Assembly (NCBI RefSeq): GCF_000143415.4
Contig: NW_003314354.1
Span: 410,575-474,574, forward strand
Source of the DNA: Selaginella moellendorffii
Lineage: Eukaryota; Plantae; Lycopodiophyta
DNA length: 64,000 nucleotides
Reading direction: 5' to 3'
Shown here: positions 49,164 through 62,321 of the stretch, piece by piece
Layout of the letters: each line of letters begins with the position of its first letter
Numbering within the stretch: the first letter of the stretch is position 1
Translations under genes and position numbers: made by a program
Notes under the pieces: model-generated
The model's database searches: none
Seen by the model: the letters and a program-made list of their open reading frames with translations, nothing else
What the model was told of the DNA's origin: nothing

Positions 49164-50809
49164 GATATGTGCTTTATATTTCTTACAAAGGTATTTATTG
49201 TAAAAAATAGCCCATCTATTGTCAATAGTATAATCATTTTTATAAAAGTCCATTTGTTAGTGGGTCAGTAGTAATCAGAATAACCATCAACACAATAAAT
49301 AGCTTTAATATTAAATTATTTTGGATAATTTTTAGAGTGTTTATTATTTTATATGTAAGGGCTTCCCATATAGACCATATATCATATGATTTATAATTAT
49401 GTTATGCAATTTTGGTTTTAGCAGTGGGTGTGGCAATTATGCAGTGACAAATTCATTAACCAAGTCATAGTTTTTTATCTTGTCTTTGCTTGATGGTGCT
49501 TTCCGCTGTGTTGTTGATTTCTTCATTTCTCTTGCTCTGGACTGTTGTTTCAGAAGTAACAGGAGTATTTTTATCAATCGTGATAGTGGTTTCCACATTC
49601 CCAGATGGGTAATAAGGACCAGGAGTGTAATATGGAGATTGTGGTAGTGAAATAAAATTAACATTCTCACATTCCTTTGCACTACAACTCTTACTCACAG
49701 ATCTTGTATTTTCCTTGCTTCCCATCTTCTCAAGAACCCTAAAAACTCTTTTGAATGAAGGAATAGTATCTACAGCTGTAAAAGTATTCAAAATATTAAG
49801 TAGTCAAATCAAATATGATAGCTGTAACAGTTGCCATAATAAAATAATATAGTTTTATAAAAGATAGGTTCTCATGAACTTTGTCTTTTTTAAACAATTC
49901 AATCTTATAGAAACTTTTAACTTAGATATTTACGTATTTTAATATTTTAAAGTTTGCTAGAACCTTCATTTGTTCAATTTAGATCTCCTTTGTAATATTT
50001 TTTATTGACTATGTTGACTTGAGTTGACTTGTGTTGAATTGAGCTCAACTCATGAGCTCAACTCAACTTTGGACCATCCCCCAAATGTAATTGTATTCTC
50101 CAAAACTTTATCAAGCTTCCCATTGAGCTCCTTGCCTTCTCCAACTGTCAGCCCTTGAAGTAGCTTGCATCGTCTGTTACACAGCCACCTTCCTTGATCC
50201 TCTACACTATTCAGAAACTTAAGAGCTAGATCTTCTTGCCCAGTCTCTACATTCAAAGTGTTCCAGGAGACAAGCGTGATCGGCTCAAGTTGTTGATCAG
50301 CAAATTGGGCTCATTTGTGTTTCTACAGTGTTAGTGGTGGTCAAGACACAATGGAAAGCATAGGAGGCTTTTTGAGTGCTCAACACAGCCTAGAAAAGGT
50401 GTGCCAATCCTCTGTCTAAGTTTTGTTGCTTGCTAGATTAGTGTTGATCAAATAGCAAACATAGGTAACCTTTGGCTTTCTTGAGCAAAGTGGAATAAGA
50501 ATGTATTTTTAAACCTGAATCTAAAATTAAGCACATTATTGAAACTTAAAGTTAAAACTAAGTCTAAGGCTATAAATGTATTCTCAAATTTTTGATTTTC
50601 TGTTTTTCTCCTCATTAATTATTATATTGAATCCTACTCATTACACAAACCTAAATATGGAAATGTTAGCAATTTGATTAATAACCCCTTTTCCTTGGAT
50701 GATATGAACTTAAAGCTAAACTTAAACATACAAACAAAGAATTATAAAGTAGATTATTTTGATCCTTTATTAATTAATCATTTTTATTTTAGATTAATTC
50801 TTTTTTTAC

Positions 50810-51220
50810 TTAAAGTTTTCTATGAAGACCACCTCCTCCAGATATATCTCCTCCAAGAAGTCCAGCACCACGAGCACCAGCACCCCCACCAGCACCACCA
50901 CCAGCACCCCCACCAGCACCACCACCAGCACCACCACCAACGCCACCACCACCAACGCCACCAGTGCCACCACCAGCACCACCATCACCAACAGCACCAG
51001 TACCACCACCAGCACCCCCACCACCACCACCACTCCCATCATCACCAGGACATAAATTTGTATCCATATCAGGATCATCTTTACAAATGCCATCAAAACA
51101 AGCAATATCCCCTTTACACTCATTATGACTTGAACAAGATTCACCACATGTTTTAAGTCTTGCTTCTACAGCTAGAATTAAACTTATAAATGCAAAGAAT
51201 AAAACATAACTATAAGCCAT
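50810..51220 (-). CDS. Secreted kiwellin-like peptide (kissper domain only), copy 2
   Basis: Identical to copy 1 except for one D/G change in the Gly-rich tail. Confidence 0.78.
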   Translation of the reverse strand: MAYSYVLFFAFISLILAVEARLKTCGESCSSHNECKGDIACFDGICKDDPDMDTNLCPGDDGSGGGGGGAGGGTGAVGDGGAGGGTGGVGGGGVGGGAGGGAGGGAGGGAGGGAGARGAGLLGGDISGGGGLHRKL

Positions 51221-52426
51221 ATTTAATCAAGAGAAAATTTCAGATTGTGTTATGAATCAAAACATCCTTCTTTTATACTACAACTAATTGTTAGTCCTCT
51301 TTACATTTCCTTAATATTATGTTGACACTTGGCTTCAAATAGAACTTTGCATAGCTTCATGGCATGTGCCTTAAAATTGAAGTTTATAATTCTCTAATAT
51401 ATAAAATACAGCTGGATAAACACCAAATGGCTCATTATTATAATATAATATTAGAAATATAAAACCTTTAGTATTACATGGCATAATGTCATGCATGGTC
51501 TACCCAAAGATGGATCACTTTACCCCTACCAGTCCATGGAGTGCACTCTCGAGTCTGATGGTCTCCAGCAATCCACAACAAGGGCAAGAAGCTATGGGAG
51601 ATCAATGCGGACAAGCACGGCTACTGCCATAGTGTCTATTGGGTCCATGGTGATATGTACCATATGAGAACTCTCATTACCAGTTTCTTGGAAGGTGAGT
51701 GATAGAAAAATTTTCATGGCATTATTGACCAATGGAGATAGAATCTTCTTTAGACCAATGCCTAGATATTGTTTGTTACCCTTTATTTTATAACTTTTAA
51801 ATACACCTGACCACCAACAGCCAAATGTTTAGAAAAATACTTAAATTTATCTTGCTGCAGAGCTTTGCCTAATCCAATTGATAGATTTATGGCAGCAGCG
51901 AGGAAGGCACTGATGAGCTAAGTGCCAAGCGAATAAGATTCTAGAAGATTTCTTCTAGGGTTTCATCGTCCGCCTTTGCTAGATGAGGAGCTGTGTCTTT
52001 TGCCCGATCGTTGCCCTGTTCCTAGATTCCATACAAGCATTGTCTTCAGGCAAGTTGCACTCTTCCATTTTGAACACAAAGAGCCCAAAGAATACTTCCA
52101 AGTCCATCTTTGGTGTAGGTGTTGCTACTTGCTCCACAGCCTGCTAGAGAGGTTCCTCCTAGGATGAGCCAAAAACCATTATACTGCAATGAGAGTTGCA
52201 CTCAAGAAGCAATAGGATGAAAATTGTACCTTTGCCATTAGTAGCTCAATAGCACATTACCATAACCAAAATGACACACCACCCAATGCACACCACTCAG
52301 TGCCAATTTTCTTGTGGTGTGCACTTGAAACTCAAAATTGCAGGTCAAAGGTGGCTGAGTAGATAGGGATTTGGAATTATGTCATGTATTTGTTAGTCTA
52401 CTTAAGAATTTCAGCCTAGACTGTAT

Positions 52427-55400
52427 TCATAGTATAAAAGTGTTGATCATATGGTATAAGATTGCCTTGAAGGGGGGTTGCAAGCATTTGAACACGAAGT
52501 TGTTTAGGTGATTTGCACCTTGAGAGAGCAATATAAAGTTGACAATATGTGAAAATAGGTTGGGGGAGAAGAAGGTCAAAAGTTTGGCTTTGGGCTTAGA
52601 AATAGTTAAGCAATAACCTAGACAAATTGGGAATTGTCTTCGGGACATCTTAAAAGGGATTTTAACATCAGAAGATGTAAGGGTAATATGTGGAATAAAA
52701 ACTTGCAATCCTATGAATTGTCCTGTGATAATTTCATAATCTAAAATGTTTTGAGATGCTTGCTTGACCATTTCATAAACCAATTTGTGGAGATATGTTC
52801 CTAAGAAGAATCAAAATCACATTTTGTTTTAGAATTAATTTGTGTGGTGGGGTGATTGAATTTAAAAATTTAATTGGGAACTCTTCAGGGTGATCTAAGT
52901 CAACCGTGTCAATGCTCAAGTAACTATATGGAGCACTTGATAGTCTTCCAACAATGTCATTATTTATTTTGATCGTATCATCATTGAGTGGGGTGAGAAT
53001 AATCTTTGATGTAGCTGTGTAAGTTTTTTATAATGTCATTTGTATTTGGGAAAATAAAGTTTACAATAGGTGTAGAGATAGATAGTGCATGTGGTATTTT
53101 GATAATATTTGGTGGGAGACATGGCAACTACAAACTACTATCACCAATTTGACAAGCCATTTAGAAAAACAAAGATTGCTTGAATGCATGTTTTTTATTA
53201 GTGTTAGTGTTGTAAAGAGTGACCATAGTTTATTCATTTTAACTAAGTTTGAAATAATAGAAGTTTGATAGCCATAGGGAACAACAAAAAGAGTTTGATG
53301 AAAGTCACCACTTGTAATCACTGTAACACCTCCAAATGGTTTAGAATTACATTTGAGATGCTTTAAACATTTATCAACTGTAAAGAAAGCATACATGTGG
53401 ACCATATTAATTTCCTTCTATATAAGAATATTTGGTTGTTTAATGGTTTTTCTAGCAACACTATTAATTGTTAAAGTAGAGATAGAAGTCCCATTTAAAG
53501 GAATAAGAAGTTTAAAAGTTGTATGTGCTATTTGACTATATTTTAGTAAAAATACTTGCAATTCCAGTCCATGCCATACTTATTACTTTTTATTTTTTTA
53601 ATTGTCATACTATAATGATGTAGAAAAGTTTTCCCAGTACCATCAGGTCCATCAATAAAGAAACATTGATACTAGTTAGTGTCAATGGCATTCATAATAA
53701 ACTCAAAAATATAACATTTTTTATAACTAAATTTATTTATGTTTGTATTGATTTGGTCTTGTGATGGATCAAGGAGCATGTGTTCGATAATGGGAGTAAG
53801 AGTTGAAAGTGGTAAACCAAAATCACAATTAAATTTATTGTGTAGTTGGAATTTTGAGTTAATATTTAGTAAAGCAATATCAAAATAGTTTATATCATTT
53901 CTAACATAATCCTTAGACATATCAATTTTGAACTGATCCCATAATAGATTTGGATCTTTTAGTGAACAATACAAATAAATAAAAATAAATAACTATCTTA
54001 ATTGGGATGGCATTTTAAAAGTAAAAGCTTTATATATGCAATGTTGCCATTTGCTAAAAGTCCCATTGCCATAACTGCTTGTTTAAAAGAAGATAAAATA
54101 ACACCTTTGACAATACATATTTCCTCAAATGTTATAGCACCTTTTTTATGGAATAATATAAGCCATAAGTGGTATAACTCACTATTAGAAGGAGATATTA
54201 AATACATTCTTGGTATGAGTTTAGCTTTTTATTGATGTAATTGCCATTTATGAAAGGATTTGTTATATATGTAGTGTAATGGAATTTGAGCATATATGTA
54301 TTGCCTTGCATTAGTATCTTGTGTAAGCATTGTTCTATTTTGAGTGGCTCTTTCTAGTGCTTTTTATTCATGATCTGGTATGAAATAGATGTTTTAAAAA
54401 TTAGGAAAATGAATTACAAATTGTATAATAGTTAGTGATTTATCATGCATATGAAACTTAAATATATGCCACATAGCTTCAGAAGTAGAAATATATTGAG
54501 TATCAACAAAACTTGAGTTTTTGTCCCAATTTAAAGTTCCTCATTCTTCATATGCAATTAGGAATTTTAATGTTGCACAGTGATAACCTTTATATACATA
54601 TTGAAATAAATATTTAATAGTTTTAATAGAAGTGCACATCTTTATATTGATATGTGCTTTATATTTCTTATAAAGGTATTTATTATAAAAAATAACCCAT
54701 CTATTGTCAATAGTATAATCATTTTTATAAAAGTCTATCTGTTATTAGGTTGGTCGTAATCAGAATAACCATCAACACAATAAATAGCTTCAATATTAAA
54801 TTATTTTGGATAATTTTTAGAGTATTTATTATTTATATGCTTCCCACATAGACCATATATCCTATGATTTATAATTATGTTATGCAATTTTGGTTTTAGC
54901 AGTGGGTGTGGCAATTATGCAGTGACAAATTCATTAACCAAGTCATAGTTTTTTATCTTGTCTTTGCTTGATAACATTCCTAAGAAATGATAATGAGGCA
55001 AACCTCTTTTCTGGAATTCAATAACATAAATATATGCGATGCATTTCCCAAAAATTCCTTTGATACTTATATCATGTAGAAATTCTTTAAGTTTTAAGTT
55101 GAAAACTCTTGAAATAAGATCAAGTCGATCCTCAAATAATTCATTCAACTCTAAGTTTTACAAAATTTCAGGCCACTTTAGGTTACATATAAATGTAATA
55201 AATAAATCAAATTTTCCAAAATGTATAACAATAACAATAGCATCTTGATAATATTATTGCATTGCTCATGAGCTACCAAGAAATGTAGAAGGTAAAATTA
55301 TAACTTTTCCAAATTTAACATTATTATTAGTAACTCTGTTATTAACATAGTCCATAAGACCTATGTAGTAATCCAAATTTAAGGTGTGAAAGAAATTAAA

Positions 55401-56350
55401 GTTGTTAAATTCAACCTTTATATAAGCATCAATCATAAATTGTTGACTAAACTTCCCAGCATGTAGCAATTGATCATAAAGGAAAGAGTTGCCAATGCTA
55501 TCTCATTGAGAAAATTGATATATATAGTACTAAAGTACTGTTACATGTGACTCATTGTGGTAGGTTTTTTCATGCTAACATTTATCACCAAATGGTAAAA
55601 GTAAAGGATAAACCATAGGATTATAATTTTCATTAAGAATAGAAAATTTTTTTGGCTATGAGTTAGATGGATGTATGTATATTCCTCTATCAAAAAATGC
55701 CTCACCCTCATCAATAGCAAAAACAATAGTAACATCATTAGTCAGTGGCAAGTTATAACAATGTAGATTAATACCTTCACTTTTAACAATCATGTAAACA
55801 CTATATTTCAGAGTTCCATTGCAAATTGAGAGACATTGTTCTTGTGATTCAAAATCATACATCATTTGAAAAGCTTGTGCGTATGGGTTTATTATTCTTA
55901 GCAAGTGATCTAATTGTAATAGCAAATTAGGATCATAGTTTGTGTTGAATGGGTTTTGCTTTCTAATATTTGTAGCCTCAGATGCATCAAACATGTAAAG
56001 TTATCCATATGATGGTGGCACGTTTAGTAGCAGGATATGCTGAAACAATATTGTGATAAATTTGACCCTGTATTGTAAAGTAATATGGGACTTTACCACT
56101 TAAATTATCAACATTAACACCCATTGATGCAAAAACCAAATGTTGATTTTATATGTTAATTTTAAAGTTTGAGTTTTTATTTTCATTAAAAAGCATACAC
56201 AATATATGGGGAAGGGAAACCTTTCCATTCTTGCAGCATATTGATCTTGACTCATTTTCAAAATGTAATGCACCACAAAAGACATATATAAATGACATAT
56301 TTCCAATATTAAACACATGTATTATATGGTCATTATAATTCTTTTGATGT
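52427..56350 (-). mobile_element. Helitron RepHel pseudogene, copy 2 (more complete)
   Basis: GKFSQQFMIDAY..IILPSTFLGS, LFITFICNLKWPEI, HUH motif VIEFQKRGLPHYHFL, followed by Pif1 helicase motifs. Heavily disrupted; termini not identified. Confidence 0.9.
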
Positions 56351-59300
56351 GCTAATTTATAGACAATATAACTATGACAATTACATGCATTTATATTAGT
56401 TTCATTAGCATTTTAAAGGTCTATATTTGTATGATCTTCATCAGCATGTGCTATGTTTGTATTAGCATCGTCAAAATCTAAAGTAATTTTTGCATTAGCA
56501 TGTTCAAAGTCTAGATTAGTTTCTTCATTAACACATGCAAGGTTGTTGTGAGTGTGAATATATGTGCTAGTGTCAATAGTTGGAGGCAACTAGTGAGGTA
56601 TACTTCTTAATACTTGCGAAGCTAAGGTATATTTGCTAGGGAGGAAGTTTTAAATTAAATGAAATAACCTATCTAGTGCAAATTTAAACTTAAGGCAAGA
56701 AGTAAATGTGAGTGATACATCAATCTAAAAGAAAATCAAAGCACTTATCTTAAAATTTTTAGAGATTGCCAAAACTTGCATTCTTCCACTAGAAAAAAAT
56801 ATATATAAAAAAAATTGAAGACTATATAGTGAGAGCATAATCTGTACATGCCTTAAGCTATAAACAAAAGAGATTAATCTAGTAACCAACAAAACCTAGA
56901 CATAGGACTAGCACACCTTTTCCAAGGTGTGGTGAGAATTCAAAAAGCCTCCCATGCTTTTTAGAATACAATGATGCTTGAGCCGTGAGAGGTGGGTGGG
57001 GTTTGCAAGTTCAAGAACTCACCTTAGGCTTGTTCTTTCTCGTGGAAGGATAGAGACTACAAACTCTCTAATAGTTCTTCATAAACCCAAATGAAGATGT
57101 CTCAAATTTCCACAGCACATAAAAATCTAGATTGTTGTGGTTGGGGGCAAAATTAGTGGCTGCCAACCTGACGCTAAACATGGATCTCCATAGGAAGAAG
57201 TGTAATTGCTGCAATTGCTAGTGATCTAGCAAGCAAGTATTAGCTCAATTGCGGCAGAGCACCTAGGGTGAGCTAAAACGAATGGGCACAAGGGCAGGAC
57301 ACATAGGTGACACATGTCAGATGCCTATGTTGCCTTGTTTGAAGCCAATGAGCACTAAAGTTGTGATGGCCTCCTATTGGCCAGGGCTAACATTAGGAAA
57401 ATTATTCGTGCAACCATGCAAACAAAGCTTGGCCTGGGTCTGGGATCCAATGGCTGGCAGGCCTCCTTGCTAGAGGGAATTGTTCATATTAGAGACCCAC
57501 AGGCATATGCCAGCATGCTTCTTGTCCAAATTTATAGACTTTCCTAAACACTTCCTAGTATATTCTAATTTATTTACCATCTAATGATTGATAGACAATA
57601 AGATAAATCTTGTGTTTATAAATTATAAACATACATTTGATCAATTGTTGAATAACACAACTATTAAATAAACCAAGCATTATTGTATGCTGTTCACATA
57701 GCAAATAATTTGATTATCAATATCAGTTTTCATGTAGCTCTCACAAAAAAAAATGGTTTGAATAAAATGAAATTAGGCACATATACATATTTCAACATAA
57801 TTCTTTTATATATAGCTATAAATCTGGAATTGAATATAGTTATCAATATATATAACATTTATGCAACTAAAATCAACCTGGTTTTTATTATACATAACAT
57901 ATACTTAAGAAAATTATATTAGAAAATTATATATAAAAATTATAGTTCTTTGAAGTTTTATTCTGAAAGTGTAATATAATATAATTTTCAATATAGACAA
58001 TGTTGTGGTGTATGTAATATGAAACTAGAAGACAATATTGTTTTTAGTGTAGATGTTATATCATTCTCTCAACTACTATAATAAAACTAGAACAAAATAT
58101 AGTTTTTAGTATAGATAATATTCTGTTGTATTATATTATACAAACTTGGAACATAATATAGTTTATAATATAGACAATATCAACAAATATTTTCAAACTG
58201 GAAAACAAAATTTATGAAAACAAAATTTATTATATGAATAACTTGCAATTTATAATACCTTGAACAATAGGCTAGTATGGTATTTTTTCTTAAGCTTATG
58301 ATGTTTTATATGTAGGGCTGTTGGCCAGCCATGGACTGGGAGGAAAGTTGGTACTAGATATGACAAATATTTTTAGTGCCAAAAGTGGTGTGTAATGAAA
58401 AAAAGTAAATTGAAATTACCCAAGAGAAACTCTAGTAGTGGATCACTATACTAATTGCATGTTTTAGCTCTAGGGATTGTTCAGTTTGATCACACTTGCA
58501 TCCTACCAATGAATATTATACTCTAAAAAGGTTTATATTGTGCCACACTTAGAACCACTTCCATTTGATTTTGGATATGGTTTCTCTAAGAGGTGTCTTC
58601 AACAATGATAGTCCAATAGAAGTGGCAATAGGTGATATAGTCAAAATCCATGGAAGAACTAAATATATGATGAAGGTACAAGCCAAGTGGATGGAGTCTA
58701 TAACCAATAATCTCAATATATACAGTATTAGAAGAGGATATTTGATAAAGAAGTAAATGTTTTATCTTGTATATCTTCCTAGGCAGAGCAAAAGAAAAAA
58801 GTTAAATGAAATGGAGTTACACTTAAGTTTAAGCATTCAAAGAAGAAATACTTAATATATGCAAGAAGTAGTTAGGAATAGTTATAAAATCAATAACACT
58901 TAAATGTATTGGAAAACAATTCTCACTCATTGTTGTATGCATTTGCATTGAATTAACCATATTTTTTCCCGCTTATATCTATAGAATTGAGAAAGTGACA
59001 TATACTTATCCTTACTCATGCTTTTAGAGTTTGGGGCTCAATACTTCTATAATCTATTTTCTCATTCTTTTTTCTTCTCTCCTTCTATGTTTTTGTCTTT
59101 GTCTATTTGACACTATTTTGCAAGTAAGGGGAGAACAAGTACAGGCAGAAAAAGCCTTACTCAACATCCTATACTAAATAGTAGTAATATAAATTTATTT
59201 ATCTTACTAAAAGCGTATGGGAATTTCTTTAGACAAGTTCTAGCTAGAGACATCATTAGTTTGCAAAATGGTGCAATGTCAAAAGAATATTGTCAAGGAG

Positions 59301-61570
59301 AAAATACACCATTCATCCTTTATATGTAGTAGGTTTTGGAAAGAAGACAACACACTTCCAAATAAAAAGAGGACTTACATCTTACTAGAAGGTAGCAATA
59401 ATGTGGTAATGGTAGAAGAATGTTTTTTACTTCTACTTGACACTTCTTCATCCTTGGATTTTTCTTTTACTAGTTTGTTGTTATTCTTGCAACAAGACAA
59501 ACATCATGATGGAGGGATTAGCAAAGTAAAACTTTTAATACTAGTAGCATGTTTAAGTTCTTGTTGCTCTTTAGACCATAGCAAAAATTGACTCCTATCT
59601 AGACAAGTACAATACAAGGAAAAGAAGTGAGAACTTAAAAGGCTTCTTTATTTCTCTATTTACTCACTTAAGTAGACAACTTGGAAGAATACTCATCTTT
59701 GTCCTAGATTACACACAGCCATCTAAGCCTTATAGATGAAGCTAATTTATTTCCTTGGATGGCCTCCAATCACTTCAATGCTTGTCTTAATTGTGGACTC
59801 TTGTCCTTGGTCTTGTAATAAGTTGCAATGCTAAGCGCAAAGAAAATCAATGCATTCCCAAACTATTGCAAGTTTATTGATGCTAGAGACCAAGAATATC
59901 AATAAGGGACCAAGAAATATCAAGACTGCTTATTGTCCCTAATATGTACTACAATTTTAGAAACCTTAGCCCCCACAATAGTATTCTAGAATGGAGGAGA
60001 AATCCCTAGTGCCATGGTTTTTAAGCATTAGAATATTCATAGAATCTCCTTGCCTGAATTAAAATATTCATCCATTAGCTCAATCAGCTGATCAATATGC
60101 AGTCAGGATACATCCAAAATTGGCTTGGTACCCAAAATGAAGAGTTGGGCGATACATTGGGTCAAATTTATCAATTCTAAATGTGGTTGATAATAGTGCA
60201 TAACAAGAATTAACAACTATCACTAAAGTAGTATAGCATCAAATTATCATTTCTTCATTTAAAATGAACAAATATCGATAAAAGTTTGACATAGTAACCT
60301 TGAAATAAATATTGCAACTACTACTTGAATTAAAGCCTTCTTTTGCCAACATAAAGTGATACTTTAGAAGTGAGAAATACATCTACCAATTGCCAAATTC
60401 ATAAAAAATTGAAATTGTGAAGGCCTTAAGTACATTGCTAAATAGGCTGTGAAGTTTGGATAGATAATCATTTTTAAAGAGGTTTGGTCCAAAAATACTT
60501 GGGACTACCACAATAATATTTACTAGAAAAATATACTAAAACTATATCTATTTTCAAAATATATTGTGAATCATTCTTTATTTATAACAATATATGTAAA
60601 TTGTACTAAAACTTAAGTGCATAGAAAGACCAAAACATTATTCCAAACTTACTCTCTCCATTAGTTAATTTTAAACTTTATCTATATCGGTGAATTATAT
60701 AGAAAACTATAGAAACCACACTAAAAACCACTCCTAGACTGATTGTCAAATAGCATATAAATCATATTAAAAACCAGCAAAAGATTTGTTATAGTCCCAG
60801 GCTAGAGTATGACTGAATTAAAAAAACATTCCCAAAACCAGTCGTATATATAGATTTTTCTAGTTTATTTTTAAAATATTTTCTGTAATGTAGCATAAAA
60901 TTTTATATACTTTATTATGAATTGAGAAAATTTAAAAGAAATATTTATCTTAATAAAATGACTCAAAAGCATGAACTTATAATATTATCAGAGAATTTGA
61001 TAAATTATAACTTATGAGCTATAATTATGAAATATATTAGTAATATTATGTAGCTAAAAATAAGGTTAAAAATAAAAAGAAAAATTTATGAAAATTTACA
61101 ATAAATATATAATTTTAGGAATGTGTGATTTAGAAAATCAAAATTACACGAGCCTAGAGTCGGAGCGTGCAAGGCCTTAAATGCGAGAAATGATTGTGGA
61201 ATTCCTTGAATCCGCAAGAGATCTTACGCTGGATTCGGTTATGATTCTAGCTAGCGACAATCACTGACTGACTATGACCACTCTCAAAGCGAGGAAGGAA
61301 GAACGATGCCCATCGAATTGAATGTGCGACTTGCTATATAGGAGTCCGTATGGAGTCCGCACCGCAGGATTTTCTTCTTGCTTGCTTGCTTGGTCGGTCT
61401 CTCTTTCTCCATCGCTCGTGTGCCGTGCGTGCGTGCGCCTTACCTACGAGATCTTCTATCTAATCCCACGGGCACCCACTTTAAAATCGCGAATCCACTA
61501 TATATCTGCTTGGTACTCCCCTCCTTCGATCGATCGACCGATCGATCATTCGTTCGATTGCGAAATCATC

Positions 61571-62275
61571 ATGTCTGCTACTGCTACTGTTGCTGCTGGT
61601 ACAAGTGATTCGAGCGCGCGAGAATCACCGCCTGGGCCAGCGGCGGCGAATCGGGGCCATGCGAGGAAGAAGAAAATCAGCAGGAAGAACAGCGAGTACC
61701 GGGGGGTGAGGCGGCGTCCATGGGGCAGATTCGCGGCGGAGATTCGCGATCCAAACACGAAGGAGCGGCGGTGGCTGGGGACGTTTGATACCGCCGAGGA
61801 GGCGGCGCTTGCCTACGATGTGGCCGCTAGGGCAATGCGAGGGATTCGCGCGCGCACCAATTTCGTCTTTGATCAATCTGATCGTCCAGCGGTGGCAGCA
61901 GCAGCAGCCGCGCCGCGATCTTCCTCTTCTTTCTGCGGGATCTCGAAATATCCTTCCAGTTCTTCGATGATGATCCAGCAGCAGCCCGGCGGCGCCAAGA
62001 GCCCCAAGCAGGTGGAGATCGAGCAAGTCCTGGAGAAATGCCGCATCTATCAGCTTCAGATCCAGAGCAAGAACGTCCAGCACGATCAATCGAGGGAGCG
62101 CGCAATGGCTGGTCCGGACTTCCCCCTTGCGCGCGACGACGACAATCTCCTCCAGATCCTCCAGCAGCCATCCCCTCAGCAGGAATGGGATCTCGGGGCG
62201 GCGATTGGTTTCTCGAGCCAGGAACACGAGATGATCGATTACTATGGCGAATCGAGCTTCTACTGTTTAACATAG
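61571..62275 (+). CDS. AP2/ERF transcription factor (group VIII-b, DRN/ESR/LEP/PUCHI-like)
   Basis: [56 protein letters not shown]. Intronless; likely ATG at 61571. Confidence 0.92.
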   Translation: MSATATVAAGTSDSSARESPPGPAAANRGHARKKKISRKNSEYRGVRRRPWGRFAAEIRDPNTKERRWLGTFDTAEEAALAYDVAARAMRGIRARTNFVFDQSDRPAVAAAAAAPRSSSSFCGISKYPSSSSMMIQQQPGGAKSPKQVEIEQVLEKCRIYQLQIQSKNVQHDQSRERAMAGPDFPLARDDDNLLQILQQPSPQQEWDLGAAIGFSSQEHEMIDYYGESSFYCLT

Positions 62276-62321
62276 AAATAAAAGAGTTTTTAGGGCTCTT
62301 GTGTATTGAGTATTCGAGGTC

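Larger units (their letters stand above)
34651..54971. repeat. Tandem segmental duplication of a ~5.5-kb unit (copy 1 34651-49493 with later insertions; copy 2 49494-54971)
   Basis: Collinear near-identical sequence. Junction GCTTGA|TGGTGCTTTCC at 49493/49494 joins the Helitron Rep sequence (54971) to the unit start (34651). Confidence 0.9.

Noticed and set aside
49437-49791. Novel genes at the duplication junction
   Set aside because: Chimeric short ORFs created by the 49493/49494 junction.
57500-61100. Short ORFs and weak tandem repeats in the AT-rich tract
   Set aside because: Low-complexity decayed sequence with no supportable product.
61322-61570. N-terminal extension of the ERF ORF
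   Set aside because: Looks like promoter/5'-UTR (TATA-like motifs, CT-rich); the ATG at 61571 is in better context.
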